Source: Bacillota bacterium
GTDB taxonomy: Bacteria > Bacillota > DTU025
NCBI GenBank assembly: GCA_050951805.1
Contig: JBMNJT010000008.1
Location: forward strand, 259,061 to 323,060
DNA: 64,000 nucleotides
Reading direction: 5' to 3'
Part shown: positions 1 to 10,640 of the stretch, piece after piece
Layout of the letters: every line of letters begins with the position of its first letter
Numbering within the stretch: the first letter of the stretch is position 1
Translations under genes and position numbers: made by a program
Notes under the pieces: generated by a model
The model's database searches: none
The model's input: the letters and a program-made list of their open reading frames with translations, nothing else
Told to the model about the DNA's origin: nothing

Positions 1-4
1 TCAG

Positions 5-928
5 TTGATGGTAGCTGCAATCAGGACTGATGAGCGAGACACGTGGGATCCGATCCATTACAACCTTCCAGAGCTTGCAGAGGATATTGAGAGGCGACTG
101 AGACAATTCCCCGAAAACCGCATACTTGCGCAGCTCGCCAGATGTGCAACAGAATACCAATGCTTCACTGCCCAGAACGTATTCTACGGGCGTTGGGAAG
201 GCGGCATCCCTGTCTCGCCCACGTGTAATGCCAATTGCCTAGGGTGCATATCACTCCAGGCGTCAGAGTGCTGTCCCTCCCCTCAGCAACGGATAGATTT
301 CGTCCCCACAGTCTCTGAGATTGTTGAAGTGGCGTTGCCCCATCTGGAGAAAGCTGTCGGGGGGATAATCAGCTTTGGCCAGGGATGTGAGGGCGAGCCC
401 ACTCGCCAGTGGCCGACGATCGTCGAGGCATGCCGGGAATTGCGTCAGCGGACGGATGCGGGTACGATCAATGTGAATACGAATGCCGGTGATGTGCACG
501 CCATCGAGGCGATATGTGATGCAGGGGTTGACTCGCTCCGCGTGAGCCTTGCCAGTGCCCGCCCTGATTATTATGGCAGATACCATAGGCCTCGTGGTTG
601 GTGCCTTGCAGATGTTGAAAGCTCGATTATTGCTGCCCGAAGCCGCAGTTTGTTCGTATCGCTCAACTACCTGGTATTTCCTGGGTTTTTTGACCAGGAA
701 CCCGAGGTTGACGCGTTATGCGATCTCATAGAACGTTGTGATATCCAGATGCTCCAGCTTCGAAACCTCAACATCGACCCAGACATCTACGCCGACGTCA
801 TGCTCACGGAAAATGTCGATTCCGATTCGTTTTATCCTGCGGGAGTGGATGAAGCCATCGCCCATATCAGAGATTGCTTCCCCAGCCTAGCAATTGGCAA
901 TTTCACCATGCCAATTCAAAGGAAATAG
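5..928 (+). CDS. radical SAM domain protein (probably 5'-truncated by the window edge)
   Basis: CX3CX2C motif (SPTCNANCLGCIS) typical of the radical SAM Fe-S/SAM site. The frame is open to the left edge of the window. Confidence 0.7.
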   Translation: MMVAAIRTDERDTWDPIHYNLPELAEDIERRLRQFPENRILAQLARCATEYQCFTAQNVFYGRWEGGIPVSPTCNANCLGCISLQASECCPSPQQRIDFVPTVSEIVEVALPHLEKAVGGIISFGQGCEGEPTRQWPTIVEACRELRQRTDAGTINVNTNAGDVHAIEAICDAGVDSLRVSLASARPDYYGRYHRPRGWCLADVESSIIAARSRSLFVSLNYLVFPGFFDQEPEVDALCDLIERCDIQMLQLRNLNIDPDIYADVMLTENVDSDSFYPAGVDEAIAHIRDCFPSLAIGNFTMPIQRK

Positions 929-964
929 CCTGTCAGGACATCCCACATCATGTGCCTGGACGCG

Positions 965-981
965 TCTGACCTTGTTTGACC
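965..981 (-). promoter_or_regulatory. CtsR operator-like tandem heptad (inverted orientation)
   Basis: TCTGACCTTGTTTGACC is the reverse complement of GGTCAAACAAGGTCAGA. This is close to the CtsR consensus (A/G)GTCAAAnAn(A/G)GTCAAA. It lies upstream of ctsR. Confidence 0.55.
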
Positions 982-1038
982 AAATTGGTCAGTTGCCGGT
1001 TTGTATAGCTACAAGAGGCCTTTAGGCATGTTGCTCTT

Positions 1039-1067
1039 TTGGACAGACAAGTGTATCATGGTACTAA
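1039..1067 (+). promoter_or_regulatory. putative sigma-A promoter of the ctsR-clpC operon
   Basis: TTGGAC, a 17-nt spacer, then TGgTACTAA (an extended -10-like element). It sits directly upstream of the second CtsR box. Confidence 0.45.
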
Positions 1068-1069
1068 AA

Positions 1070-1086
1070 GGTCAACAATGGTCAGA
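1070..1086 (+). promoter_or_regulatory. CtsR operator-like tandem heptad
   Basis: GGTCAACAATGGTCAGA matches the CtsR direct-repeat consensus. It lies between the putative -10 and the ctsR RBS (GGGAGGA at 1091). Confidence 0.6.
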
Positions 1087-1102
1087 TCAACGGGAGGACG
1101 CG

Positions 1103-1576
1103 ATGGGCAGTCTATCGGATTACATTGAGAGTTATTTAAAACTGCTGCTTGACACGGGCCCTCATGGCTTTGTGGAAGTGCAAAGACGGGAGCTTGCTGA
1201 GAGATTCAGGTGCGCTCCGTCGCAGATCAATTACGTGTTGTCCACACGCTTTACCGTTGAGCGCGGATATGTTGTAGAAACCAGACGCGGCGGAGGCGGC
1301 TACATCAGAATCTTCAAGCTTGACGACGAACCTGAAACGAGTGGCATTCAGATGGTGTACGAGTCCGTAGGAGATGCTATTGACCGTAAGGCAGCGGAAG
1401 ACCTGATCGCTAGGCTTGTTGATATGGGCGCCCTCGATTGCAAAGACGCGGCCTGTGTTCGAGCCGCAGTCTTCGATCAGGAAAGCGATGAAGACCCTGA
1501 ACTTGAGGGGATCATACGGGCGCGGGTGCTCCGTGCCGTGCTTATGCTGATGCTGACACGGCCGCCGATGGAGTAG
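1103..1576 (+). CDS. ctsR: transcriptional repressor of class III heat-shock genes CtsR
   Basis: MGSLSDYIESYLK...ELAERFRCAPSQINYVLSTRFTVERGYVVETRRGGGGYIRI is the canonical CtsR N-terminus and glycine loop. ATG at 1103 follows a GGGAGGA RBS. It heads a ctsR-mcsA-mcsB-clpC operon. Confidence 0.9.
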   Translation: MGSLSDYIESYLKLLLDTGPHGFVEVQRRELAERFRCAPSQINYVLSTRFTVERGYVVETRRGGGGYIRIFKLDDEPETSGIQMVYESVGDAIDRKAAEDLIARLVDMGALDCKDAACVRAAVFDQESDEDPELEGIIRARVLRAVLMLMLTRPPME

Positions 1577-1593
1577 AACAGGGAGGGTAAGCA

Positions 1594-2190
1594 ATGATTT
1601 GCCAGGTGTGTCGTGAGAAACCAGCGACTGTGCATGTAACAAAGGTCGTGAATAATGTCCGCACTGAACTCCACCTCTGCCAGCAATGTGCCAGGGAGCG
1701 TGGGGAACTGCACGTGCTGAGCACGCCCAGTTTTGCTATTTCCAACCTACTCGCCGGGCTTCTTCAGGGTGACCTGGGCCACGAGGTGCATGTTGGGATT
1801 CCCGATGGCGCCGGCAGAAAGTGCAGAACGTGTGGGCGCGATTATTCTGAGTTCGTGAATAGCGGGTTTCTTGGGTGTGCGGATTGCTATTCTGAGTTTG
1901 CGCCGCTGCTTAACCCTCTTTTGGGACGCATTCACGGACATGTACGCCACACAGGAAAGGCGCCCAGAAGAGCAGGGAAGGCTGTGCGTTTTCGCAGAGA
2001 AATAGATGACCTCCGCAGGAGGCTGCAGCAGTACGTTGAGGCGGAAGAATACGAGAAGGCGGCCATAGTCCGCGACGAGATTCGCAGGCTAGAGAAGGCT
2101 GCGGCTGAGGTCGAGATCGATGGCACAGGCGGCGACGCGGAAGCTAAGGAAAAGGGAGGCAGTGGGGATGGCGGCGAAGAGACCGTATGA
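1594..2190 (+). CDS. mcsA: McsA (zinc-finger / UVR-domain activator of McsB)
   Basis: Repeated CxxC pairs (CQVC..CQQC, CRTC..CADC) and a C-terminal UVR-like helix (YEKAAIVRDEIRRLE). It sits between ctsR and mcsB. Confidence 0.85.
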   Translation: MICQVCREKPATVHVTKVVNNVRTELHLCQQCARERGELHVLSTPSFAISNLLAGLLQGDLGHEVHVGIPDGAGRKCRTCGRDYSEFVNSGFLGCADCYSEFAPLLNPLLGRIHGHVRHTGKAPRRAGKAVRFRREIDDLRRRLQQYVEAEEYEKAAIVRDEIRRLEKAAAEVEIDGTGGDAEAKEKGGSGDGGEETV

Positions 2191-3235
2191 GAAGAATCGC
2201 GCAGTATGGATGGCCGGGGATGGTCCAGATGCGGATATCGTGGTATCTAGCCGGGTGAGGCTCGCGCGGAATCTGCGCGGCGTACCCTTTCCACAGCAGG
2301 CCAATGATGAGCAGATGAAATCCGTTCTTGAGCAGGTAATGGGGGCTGTCAGGGCAACTCCGTCCATTGGGCCCACTGAGATACTGGCCTTACAGGAACT
2401 GCTTCCTATAGAAAGACAGCTTGCGGTGGAGGAGCATTTGACTTCGCCGCAACATATACAGGACCCAAAAAACAAGGCGATCGTCCTCAATCGGGACAAA
2501 TCGGTTAGCATAATGGTGAACGAAGAAGACCACATGAGGATACAGACGATATTGCCCGGGTTCCAGCTTGAAGAGGCTCTCAGGTTAGCTTCGGTTACTG
2601 ACGACGCGGTGGAGGAGACGATCGATTACGCGTTCGACGAGAATCTGGGATATTTGTGTGCTTGTCCCACTAATGTCGGGACAGGGTTACGGGCTTCGGT
2701 AATGGTGCATTTGCCTGCCCTTGCTTTGGTGGGCATGGTGGGGCAGGTATTGGGAGCGGTATCTAAGGTCGGGGTTGCGGTGAGAGGCGCCTACGGTGAA
2801 GGCACCGAAGCTATCGGGAACATGTTCCAGGTTAGCAACCAGGTTACGATGGGTCGAGCGGAAGAGGAGATAGTTGCGCACCTCAAGGCTGTATGCGGGC
2901 AGCTTGCTGACAGCGAGCGCAACGCCAGAAAGGCTATAATGTCGGACGCTAGGAATCAACTGGAGGACAGGGTCTGGAGATCCTATGGATTGCTGACCAA
3001 TGCCAGGATCATCAGCTCAGATGAAGCACTTAAGCTCATCTCTGACGTGAAGCTCGGGGCTGATCTCGGGATCATCCCGGACCTTCCGCAATCCTGTTTT
3101 ACGGTGTTATCAGTCGATATCATGCCCGCGCATGTGCAGGACTTCGTGGGCAAAGAGCTCACTGCTTGGGAAAGAGATATGTGTCGGGCAACACTTATCA
3201 GAGAGCGTTTAGGGATGAACAAGGAGGAACATTAG
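2168..3235 (+). CDS. mcsB: protein arginine kinase McsB
   Basis: ATP:guanido phosphotransferase-like motifs (VVSSRVRLARNL, MVNEEDHMRIQ, CPTNVGTGLRASV). ATG 2168 follows AAGGGAGG. It overlaps the mcsA stop. Confidence 0.9.
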   Translation: MAAKRPYEKNRAVWMAGDGPDADIVVSSRVRLARNLRGVPFPQQANDEQMKSVLEQVMGAVRATPSIGPTEILALQELLPIERQLAVEEHLTSPQHIQDPKNKAIVLNRDKSVSIMVNEEDHMRIQTILPGFQLEEALRLASVTDDAVEETIDYAFDENLGYLCACPTNVGTGLRASVMVHLPALALVGMVGQVLGAVSKVGVAVRGAYGEGTEAIGNMFQVSNQVTMGRAEEEIVAHLKAVCGQLADSERNARKAIMSDARNQLEDRVWRSYGLLTNARIISSDEALKLISDVKLGADLGIIPDLPQSCFTVLSVDIMPAHVQDFVGKELTAWERDMCRATLIRERLGMNKEEH

Positions 3236-5701
3236 ATGTTCGGATCTTTTACAGAGAGAGCGCAAAGAGTGCTCTACCTGTCACAAGAGGAAGCTCGCAA
3301 ACTCGGCCACAGCTTTGTGGGCACCGAGCACATTCTCCTGGCGTTGACTTGTGAAAGCCAGGGCGTGGCCGGGCGCGCTCTGCATAACATGGGGGTAGAG
3401 CCGGAAGCGGTGCGAGACGAAGTTGAGAGCATTATAGGCCGCGGCGAGCCTGGCCAGGCGGAGATGGTTGGGCTCAGCCCGAGGGCAAAGCGCGTCCTGG
3501 AGCTTTCCATAGATGAAGCCAGGCTGATGGGCCACGGTTATGTAGGAACTGAGCACCTTCTACTCGGCCTCCTCAGGGAGGGCGAAGGTGTCGCTGCACA
3601 GGTCTTGGAGAACCTCGGGGTCGATTTGGACCGTGCCAGAGCAGAGATTCTCGACTTGCTTGGTGGGGGAGTCTCTGGATCGTCCCAACGGCAGGAAGCT
3701 CAGGGGCAGGCAGGGGCCAAGCTTCAGAGAAGGAAAGGGACACCTACGCTCGAGCAGTATGGGCGCGACCTGACTGCAATGGCAAACGAAGGCAAGCTTG
3801 ACCCCGTCATCGGGCGTGAAACCGAGATTTCCAGGGTTATTCAGGTCCTTTCTCGCAGAACGAAGAATAATCCGGTCCTCATAGGGGATCCAGGGGTAGG
3901 CAAGACAGCCATAGTTGAAGGGCTTGCGCTCAAACTGAACCGGGGCGATGTTCCGGAACTCCTCAAAGAGAAGAGAGTGATCCAGCTCGACATGGGTTCT
4001 TTGGTTGCCGGAACTAAGTACCGTGGAGAGTTTGAGGAAAGGCTCAAGAAGGTAATAGACGAGATAATTGCCTCGGGCGACGTCATTCTTTTCATAGATG
4101 AGCTGCACACGGTGGTAGGAGCGGGTGCCGCTGAGGGTGCTATAGACGCCGCCAACATTCTAAAGCCTGCGCTTGCCCGTGGCGAGATGCAGTGCGTTGG
4201 GGCGACAACGATTGATGAGTACAGAAAATACATCGAAAAAGATGCTGCGCTCGAGCGGAGATTTCAGCCGATCCAGGTGGGCGAGCCCAGTGTGGAGGAG
4301 ACAGTTGAAATCCTCGACGGCCTTCGTGATAGGTATGAGGCTCACCACAGGGTGAAGATAACAGACGGGGCTTTGAGGGCGGCGGCGGTCTTGTCTGACA
4401 GGTACATCACCGACCGGTTTCTGCCCGACAAAGCTATAGATCTGGTGGACGAGGCTGGATCGATGGTTCGTCTGGCAGCGCATGTAGCTCCTCCCGACAT
4501 CAAGAGGCTCGAAGATGACCTCGAGCGAGTCAGGACGGAGAAGGAGGCAGCCATACAGAACGAGGAATTCGAGAAAGCGGCCGAGCTGCGTGACCATGAG
4601 CAGAGTATCCGAGACACCATAGAGGAGCAGCGCAAGCAGTGGCAGAATCAAAGATACCTGGAGGGTGCCGTGGTTACGGAAAACCAGATTGCAGAGATCG
4701 TGGCTTCATGGACAGGCATTCCAGTAATGCAGCTCGAGGAGAGCGAGGCCGAGCGCCTGCTGAAGCTGGAGGATATCCTCCATAAGCGGGTGATATCTCA
4801 AGATGAAGCAGTCACCGCGGTGGCCAGGGCAGTCAGGCGTGCCCATGCAGGGCTGAAGGATCCGCGGCGTCCCGTAGGGTCTTTCCTCTTTTTGGGGCCT
4901 ACAGGTGTCGGAAAAACCGAACTGGCCCGGGCGTTGGCTGAGGCGCTATTTGGAGACGAAGATGCCATGATACGCCTTGATATGTCTGAGTATATGGAAA
5001 GGCATACTGTGTCGCGGCTCATAGGCGCCCCTCCGGGATATGTCGGGTATGAAGAGGCGGGGCAGCTCACTGAGAAAGTGCGGAGGCGTCCGTATTCAGT
5101 GGTGCTGTTTGACGAGATAGAAAAGGCCCACCCGGAAGTCTTCAACATCCTTCTTCAGGTGCTCGAAGACGGAAGGCTCACCGATGGACAGGGCAGGACA
5201 GTCGATTTCAGGAACACTGTGCTGATAATGACGTCAAATGTAGGAGCGACCCAGATACACCGCGATACGGTGTTGGGATTCAGAACGGAAGAGGACGAGA
5301 AGAATTCCTATGAACGAATGCGCGACAAGGTTCTTTCCGAGCTGAAACGCACGTTCAGGCCTGAGTTTCTCAACCGCGTTGATGAGGTCATAGTCTTCCA
5401 CGCGTTGGGGCGCAAGGACATGGAGGAGATCGTCGATCTGATGTTGGGAGACCTCAAAGCCCATCTGGAGCCAAGGGGCATACACCTGACTTTCACTGAT
5501 GGGGCAAAGTCGCTCCTGGTTGAAGAGGGCTATAATCCAGACTATGGCGCAAGGCCGCTCAGACGAGTGATTCAGAGGATGGTGGAGGACCGACTGTCAG
5601 ATGAGATCCTAGAAGGAAACATAAGGGATGGGCAGAGCGTAGAGGTGAACGAGGCCGAAGGGAAGCTCGTCTTTAAGGCATTGGAGCTACAGCGGGAGTG
5701 A
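3236..5701 (+). CDS. clpC: ATP-dependent Clp protease ATP-binding subunit ClpC
   Basis: N-terminal Clp repeat pair. Two AAA+ modules with Walker A GDPGVGKT and GPTGVGKT. 821 aa. Operon context supports the call. Confidence 0.95.
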   Translation: MFGSFTERAQRVLYLSQEEARKLGHSFVGTEHILLALTCESQGVAGRALHNMGVEPEAVRDEVESIIGRGEPGQAEMVGLSPRAKRVLELSIDEARLMGHGYVGTEHLLLGLLREGEGVAAQVLENLGVDLDRARAEILDLLGGGVSGSSQRQEAQGQAGAKLQRRKGTPTLEQYGRDLTAMANEGKLDPVIGRETEISRVIQVLSRRTKNNPVLIGDPGVGKTAIVEGLALKLNRGDVPELLKEKRVIQLDMGSLVAGTKYRGEFEERLKKVIDEIIASGDVILFIDELHTVVGAGAAEGAIDAANILKPALARGEMQCVGATTIDEYRKYIEKDAALERRFQPIQVGEPSVEETVEILDGLRDRYEAHHRVKITDGALRAAAVLSDRYITDRFLPDKAIDLVDEAGSMVRLAAHVAPPDIKRLEDDLERVRTEKEAAIQNEEFEKAAELRDHEQSIRDTIEEQRKQWQNQRYLEGAVVTENQIAEIVASWTGIPVMQLEESEAERLLKLEDILHKRVISQDEAVTAVARAVRRAHAGLKDPRRPVGSFLFLGPTGVGKTELARALAEALFGDEDAMIRLDMSEYMERHTVSRLIGAPPGYVGYEEAGQLTEKVRRRPYSVVLFDEIEKAHPEVFNILLQVLEDGRLTDGQGRTVDFRNTVLIMTSNVGATQIHRDTVLGFRTEEDEKNSYERMRDKVLSELKRTFRPEFLNRVDEVIVFHALGRKDMEEIVDLMLGDLKAHLEPRGIHLTFTDGAKSLLVEEGYNPDYGARPLRRVIQRMVEDRLSDEILEGNIRDGQSVEVNEAEGKLVFKALELQRE

Positions 5702-5740
5702 ACCTCGCGAGCCTCGATGTTTTGAGAAAGAGGAGTCTGT

Positions 5741-7150
5741 ATGAAGGGCGCGAAAGTGGCGTTCGTATGCCAGGAATGCGGCTATGAGTCTGCGAGATGG
5801 ATGGGCAAGTGCCCGGCGTGTGACAGCTGGAACAGTTTCGTCGAGGAGCGCCGACCCGATGTTAGGGTATCGCGGCCCATATCGAGCGTAGGGGCCGGGT
5901 GGGGAGGATCGGGCGCGGTTGCCGCGCCGGTTCCTATAGGACAGATATCTGCTAGCGGCGAAAAGCGCCTTTCCACAGGGATTGGCGAATTCGACCGCGT
6001 GCTCGGCGGGGGTGTGGTAGCTGGTTCGGTGGTGCTTATCGGCGGAGACCCCGGGATCGGCAAGTCCACCATACTGCTTCAGGCGGCCCAGAGCATAGCT
6101 GCGTCCAAAGGTGTCGTTCTTTATGTGACGGGCGAAGAATCAGTTGAGCAGGTTGGCCTTAGAGCCGCAAGGCTCGGTGCCGGGTCAGATTCGCTTTTGG
6201 TGCTGGCGGAGACTGATGTGCGCGCGGTAGTGGAAGCAATGGTCACGATCGACCCGGTTCTCGTTGTGATAGATTCGATTCAGACCATGGAAGATGTGGA
6301 GCTGGGCTCGTCTCCCGGAAGCATAGGGCAGGTGCGCGAATGCACGAACCGGCTGATGCGGGCTGCCAAGGAAAGAGGGGTCCCTGTATTTCTAGTGGGC
6401 CATGTGACCAAATCCGGAGCCATTGCAGGTCCTAAGGCGCTCGAACACGTTGTCGATACGGTCTTGTATTTTGAAGGTGAAGGCAACCATGCTCACAGGA
6501 TAATTCGAGCTGCCAAGAACAGATATGGTTCCACCAATGAAGTGGGGATATTTGTTATGACAGACCGGGGGCTAGCGGAGGTCGAGAATCCCTCTGAGGC
6601 ACTGTTGTCGGAGCGGCCAGGGGGTGCGGCCGGCTCTGTCGTCGTTGCCAGCGTTGAAGGGACACGTCCGTTGCTCGTCGAAGTCCAAGCATTGGTGGCG
6701 CGTTCTGTTACAGGAACGCCGCGCAGGACTACTACGGGTGTCGATTACAACAGGACTGCGATCATCATCGCGGTGCTTGACAGGCGTGCGGGATTCGCCA
6801 TAGGCACGGAGGATATCTACGTAAATGTGGCAGGAGGAGTCACGCTGACAGAGCCTGCCGCAGATCTTGGAATTGCGGCCGCCATCGTGTCGAGCTTTAG
6901 GAACATCCCTGCAGCTCCAAAGACAGCGGTCTTCGGCGAAGTCGGATTGGCCGGAGAGTTGCGCGGCGTTAGCCAGGCTGACATGAGAGTCAATGAGGCC
7001 AAGAGGCTCGGCTTCAAACGATGCGTTCTTCCGAGCCATAATGTGAAGAGCATGACCAGACGGCAATTGGCAGGATCCGGGGTGGAGATAGTAGGGGCTT
7101 CCACTCTTAGAGAGGCATTGGAGGCGGTATTTGCGGTGGTGGATGGCTGA
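5741..7150 (+). CDS. radA: DNA repair protein RadA/Sms
   Basis: N-terminal zinc ribbon CQECGY..CPAC. Walker A GGDPGIGKST. KNRYG motif (AAKNRYGSTNE). Lon-like C-terminal domain. Confidence 0.95.
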   Translation: MKGAKVAFVCQECGYESARWMGKCPACDSWNSFVEERRPDVRVSRPISSVGAGWGGSGAVAAPVPIGQISASGEKRLSTGIGEFDRVLGGGVVAGSVVLIGGDPGIGKSTILLQAAQSIAASKGVVLYVTGEESVEQVGLRAARLGAGSDSLLVLAETDVRAVVEAMVTIDPVLVVIDSIQTMEDVELGSSPGSIGQVRECTNRLMRAAKERGVPVFLVGHVTKSGAIAGPKALEHVVDTVLYFEGEGNHAHRIIRAAKNRYGSTNEVGIFVMTDRGLAEVENPSEALLSERPGGAAGSVVVASVEGTRPLLVEVQALVARSVTGTPRRTTTGVDYNRTAIIIAVLDRRAGFAIGTEDIYVNVAGGVTLTEPAADLGIAAAIVSSFRNIPAAPKTAVFGEVGLAGELRGVSQADMRVNEAKRLGFKRCVLPSHNVKSMTRRQLAGSGVEIVGASTLREALEAVFAVVDG

Positions 7151-8208
7151 TGTCGGAGAGAATGCGCAAGATATTTCAGATGGTGGCGCCCGGAACGGCT
7201 CTATATGACGGACTGGAGAACATCCTTCGTGCGAGGACTGGGGGGCTAATTGTTGTAGGCGATACGCCTGAGATGATGAAGCTAGTTAATGGGGGCTTTA
7301 GGCTTGATGCGGAGTTTACCCCGGCGGCCGTGTATGAATTGGCCAAGATGGATGGGGCTATAATCCTTTCGGAAGACGCCGAACGGATCATGTACGCCAA
7401 TGCCACCCTCACTCCGGATCCGGACATACCATCGAGGGAAACGGGCCTTCGCCACAGCACGGCGGAGCGGGTATCGAAAATGACTGGGCAGTTAGTCATC
7501 GCCATTTCCCAAAGGCGGTCGGTGATTACGGTCTACTACGGACACACCAGATATGTTATGCGGGATATAGGTGTTGTGCTGGCCAAGGCCAATCAGGCAT
7601 TGCAGACTATGGCCAACTACCGTGATTCATTGGTCAAGGCGCTCACGAACCTGACTGCTCTCGAATTCATAGAGGAAGTCACATTGGTTGACGTTGCCAG
7701 AGTAGTTCAGAGATACGAGCTTATGAGGCGGGTTGGCGAAGAGGTATCTGGCTATATTGCCGAACTTGGCACTGAGGGCAGATTGGTGAAAATCCAGGCT
7801 GACGAGGTCATGAGCGGAATGGCTGAGGAGGTTCTTTTCGTAGCTATGGACTACATGCCCGATGGAGGGCAGGTTGAGGCCGAAAAGCTGATGAATGAGA
7901 TTGCCGGTTGGGCAGTAGACGAAGTTTTGGATCTGGCCACCTTGTCGAGGGCCCTGACTCAAAATCCGTCTGCAACTCCTGAGTCATCGATGTTGCCAAG
8001 GGGATACCGGGCGTTGTCGAAGATATCTCGGTTGCCACTGTCTGTCATCGGAAACGTAGTTGAAGGGTTTGGATCGCTGAAAGCCATAAGGAACGCCACC
8101 GTCGAGGAACTTGATGAGATCGAAGGGATCGGCGAAGTGCGAGCGAGGGCAGTACGGGAAGGACTAGCCCGTCTCCGCGATCAGGTAGTGCGTGATTTGG
8201 TTATCTAG
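7150..8208 (+). CDS. disA: DNA integrity scanning protein DisA (diadenylate cyclase)
   Basis: DAC-domain N-terminus and a C-terminal HhH (IEGIGEVRARAVREGL). The start overlaps the radA stop (ATGA). Synteny matches radA-disA of Bacillus. Confidence 0.9.
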   Translation: MSERMRKIFQMVAPGTALYDGLENILRARTGGLIVVGDTPEMMKLVNGGFRLDAEFTPAAVYELAKMDGAIILSEDAERIMYANATLTPDPDIPSRETGLRHSTAERVSKMTGQLVIAISQRRSVITVYYGHTRYVMRDIGVVLAKANQALQTMANYRDSLVKALTNLTALEFIEEVTLVDVARVVQRYELMRRVGEEVSGYIAELGTEGRLVKIQADEVMSGMAEEVLFVAMDYMPDGGQVEAEKLMNEIAGWAVDEVLDLATLSRALTQNPSATPESSMLPRGYRALSKISRLPLSVIGNVVEGFGSLKAIRNATVEELDEIEGIGEVRARAVREGLARLRDQVVRDLVI

Positions 8209-8265
8209 ATGCGGAAAATCTGCCCTGCGAATAGGCGACGGGGCAGCGATACCGCTCCCCCTCAA

Positions 8266-8661
8266 TTACGTCAGATTGAACAGGCCCAGCATGCGCAAGC
8301 GGTCGTGTTCTTTCATCATTATTTCGTCAAGATCAAGTCCTGTTATGGCGCATAGGGCTGCAATGTAGAATAACATTTGTCCTAATTCGGTTTCAAGGGC
8401 TTCCCTGCATTCTGGGCAGAGCTCGCCGCTGATGTGCGAGTTGATCATGCGTTTCAGGTCCGCCAGGGTCGCATTCTCCGGAAATTTCTGCTTCTGTGCG
8501 GAAACTTCCAGACAACCACAGGAAGTCACCGATTTTGCGACTGCACGGTTGACTCTGGCCCCGGCTTCCTGAAGTTTTGACATTACGTCGAGGACGCTTC
8601 TATGACGGACAAGATATTCGGAGACCGTCTCTTGAAACTCGCCGCATGATAGGTCGGCCAA
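8266..8661 (-). CDS. hypothetical protein with MazG-like C-terminal helix and Cys pairs
   Basis: ELGQMLFYIAALCAITGLDLDEI resembles the MazG/NTP-pyrophosphohydrolase helix. CGC and CPEC motifs are present. Assignment is weak. Confidence 0.35.
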   Translation of the reverse strand: MADLSCGEFQETVSEYLVRHRSVLDVMSKLQEAGARVNRAVAKSVTSCGCLEVSAQKQKFPENATLADLKRMINSHISGELCPECREALETELGQMLFYIAALCAITGLDLDEIMMKEHDRLRMLGLFNLT

Positions 8662-8898
8662 GGCGATTCACCTCCAAAAGCGGAAAACACAGGTGATATG
8701 GCCGCTGAAAATTCATCTTGATTATACGTTTGGGCAATTGTATTGTCAATCCGCTTCTCCGTGTGGCTGGATTATTTGTCTGCAAAGGGCTGTGCCTTTT
8801 TCACGGGGATGGCTGATGGTTGAGGGATCTATGCGGCGGAATTGACTGCTTTGCCAGGCAATGGTACAATTCAGAGAAGGCGCTCCGAGGAAGAAGGG

Positions 8899-9384
8899 AT
8901 GCAAGAGGTGTACAGTGTTGGTGACAAGGTGGTCTACCCTATGCATGGTGCTGGGGTGATCGAGGCTATTGAGGAGAAGGAAGTCCTCGGGGAGAAGGAC
9001 TATTACTACATCATGCGCTTGCAGATGGGCGACATGAAGGTGATGGTGCCTCGCGGCAGCGCAGATGAAGTAGGCCTCAGGCCGGTTATAGATTGTGACG
9101 AGGTTCCCAAGGTTTATGAGGTGCTTAAGGCTGAAGCGACGCCGATGAGCCAGAATTGGAATCGAAGATACAGGGCGAACATGGAGAAGATGAAGACTGG
9201 GGATATCTTCATCGTTGCCGAGGTTGTCCGCAATCTTGGAATACGCGACAGGGACAAGGGGCTTTCCACAGGCGAACGCCGTATGCTGGATAATGCAAAG
9301 CAGATCCTGGCGAGCGAGCTCGCCATGGTGGAAAAGAGGCCCTTGGAAGAAGTGGCGAACGTTATCGACGAGATACTTAGCTAA
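8899..9384 (+). CDS. carD: CarD/CdnL-family transcriptional regulator
   Basis: MQEVYSVGDKVVYPMHGAGVIEAIEEKEVLGE..YY is the typical CarD_CdnL_TRCF N-terminal domain. ATG 8899 follows a GAGGAAGAAGGG RBS. Confidence 0.85.
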   Translation: MQEVYSVGDKVVYPMHGAGVIEAIEEKEVLGEKDYYYIMRLQMGDMKVMVPRGSADEVGLRPVIDCDEVPKVYEVLKAEATPMSQNWNRRYRANMEKMKTGDIFIVAEVVRNLGIRDRDKGLSTGERRMLDNAKQILASELAMVEKRPLEEVANVIDEILS

Positions 9385-9431
9385 CAGGAGCTCCACATAC
9401 TCCCCGGGAACCCAGGGGAGACTAGACTATA

Positions 9432-10589
9432 ATGGAGGGAACAGCCCCCTCCAAATGCGAGGAGGTGAGTGTGTCAGTGCGCAACAAGATGACGCGAGTG
9501 CTCATGCTTGGGGCAGGCGTTATTTTCGGTTACCTCATTTACCGCGCAATGCCGCAGACTGGGGCTGCCCTGTCAGTGGAAGGCGGGGAATTGCGAGTAA
9601 TGGTCGGGGCGATGACTGGCGGCGGGCTTGTTGGTTTTGCAGTGGCGCCGGTGATTTCTAGATTCGGGTTATGGTTCGGCAGATATGTTGATGCCAGGAT
9701 CCGAAAAGTGTCTACGCACGGGGTTATTTCGGGTGCTGTCGGAATGATAGTGGGCCTTATCATAGCTAACTTGCTTGCGATTCCGATTGCATCCATACCT
9801 GAGTTTGGAAGCTATATTGGTATTGCCCTCAACGTCTTCTTTGGGGTGTCAGGACTGATTGTAGGGTATCACAAGCGTGAAGAGATCATCCCGATGCTTG
9901 CGCCTTTGCCACGCAGCGGCGAAAATGTCCACGTTAGCGCTCCAGCTCGGGATCGCGGCATCGCCAGGGCATATGTAGGCAAAGCAACGCCGAAGATCCT
10001 CGACACCAGCGTAATAATAGATGGCAGGATAGCCGACATAGCGGACAGCGGCTTCATTGAAGGGACGCTGATTGTTCCCGTATTCGTGCTTGAAGAGTTG
10101 CAGCATATCGCGGATTCGTCAGATGTGCTCAAAAGAAATCGCGGCCGCAGGGGCCTCGATATCCTTAACCGGATGCAAAAGGGTCAGAATGTGACTGTCC
10201 AGATCGTAGACGAGACATTCGATGACCCGGAAGTCGATTCTAAACTCATCAGGTTGGGGCAAGCCATGGACGCCACTATTCTGACCAATGACTTCAACCT
10301 TAACAAGGTGGCGGAACTTCACGGTGTGGAAGTGCTCAACATCAATGAGCTGGCGAACGCCCTCAAGCCGGTTGTACTGCCTGGTGAGGAAATGACGGTG
10401 CACGTAATCAAGGACGGAAAAGAATCTGGCCAAGGTGTAGCGTATCTGGACGACGGCACGATGGTCGTGGTAGACGGAGGCAGGCGCTATATCGGTGATT
10501 ACGTCGACGTGCTTGTCACGAGTGTGCTCCAAACATCAGCAGGCAGGATGATATTTGCCAAGATGAAATCGGCCGAGCGAGTCAGCTGA
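9432..10589 (+). CDS. yacL: membrane-anchored PIN/TRAM domain protein (YacL homologue)
   Basis: N-terminal TM helices, a PIN-like core (ILDTSVIIDGRI...LTNDFNLNKVA) and a C-terminal TRAM-like segment. It occupies the same position as B. subtilis yacL. The start is uncertain: GTG 9471 and 9477 follow GGAGGTGA. Confidence 0.8.
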   Translation: MEGTAPSKCEEVSVSVRNKMTRVLMLGAGVIFGYLIYRAMPQTGAALSVEGGELRVMVGAMTGGGLVGFAVAPVISRFGLWFGRYVDARIRKVSTHGVISGAVGMIVGLIIANLLAIPIASIPEFGSYIGIALNVFFGVSGLIVGYHKREEIIPMLAPLPRSGENVHVSAPARDRGIARAYVGKATPKILDTSVIIDGRIADIADSGFIEGTLIVPVFVLEELQHIADSSDVLKRNRGRRGLDILNRMQKGQNVTVQIVDETFDDPEVDSKLIRLGQAMDATILTNDFNLNKVAELHGVEVLNINELANALKPVVLPGEEMTVHVIKDGKESGQGVAYLDDGTMVVVDGGRRYIGDYVDVLVTSVLQTSAGRMIFAKMKSAERVS

Positions 10590-10640
10590 GATTAGCTGGT
10601 TTCGCTCAACAAGATCATTCTCTTGCGAGGTGTAGCCAGA

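Noticed and set aside
3560-4651. Long antisense ORFs inside clpC (for example 3560-4108, 3841-4233 and 4160-4651 on the minus strand).
   Set aside because: They overlap an unambiguous, highly conserved clpC reading frame. Their sequences are Arg/Ser/Pro-rich and low-complexity, typical of shadow ORFs in GC-rich DNA. They have no RBS.
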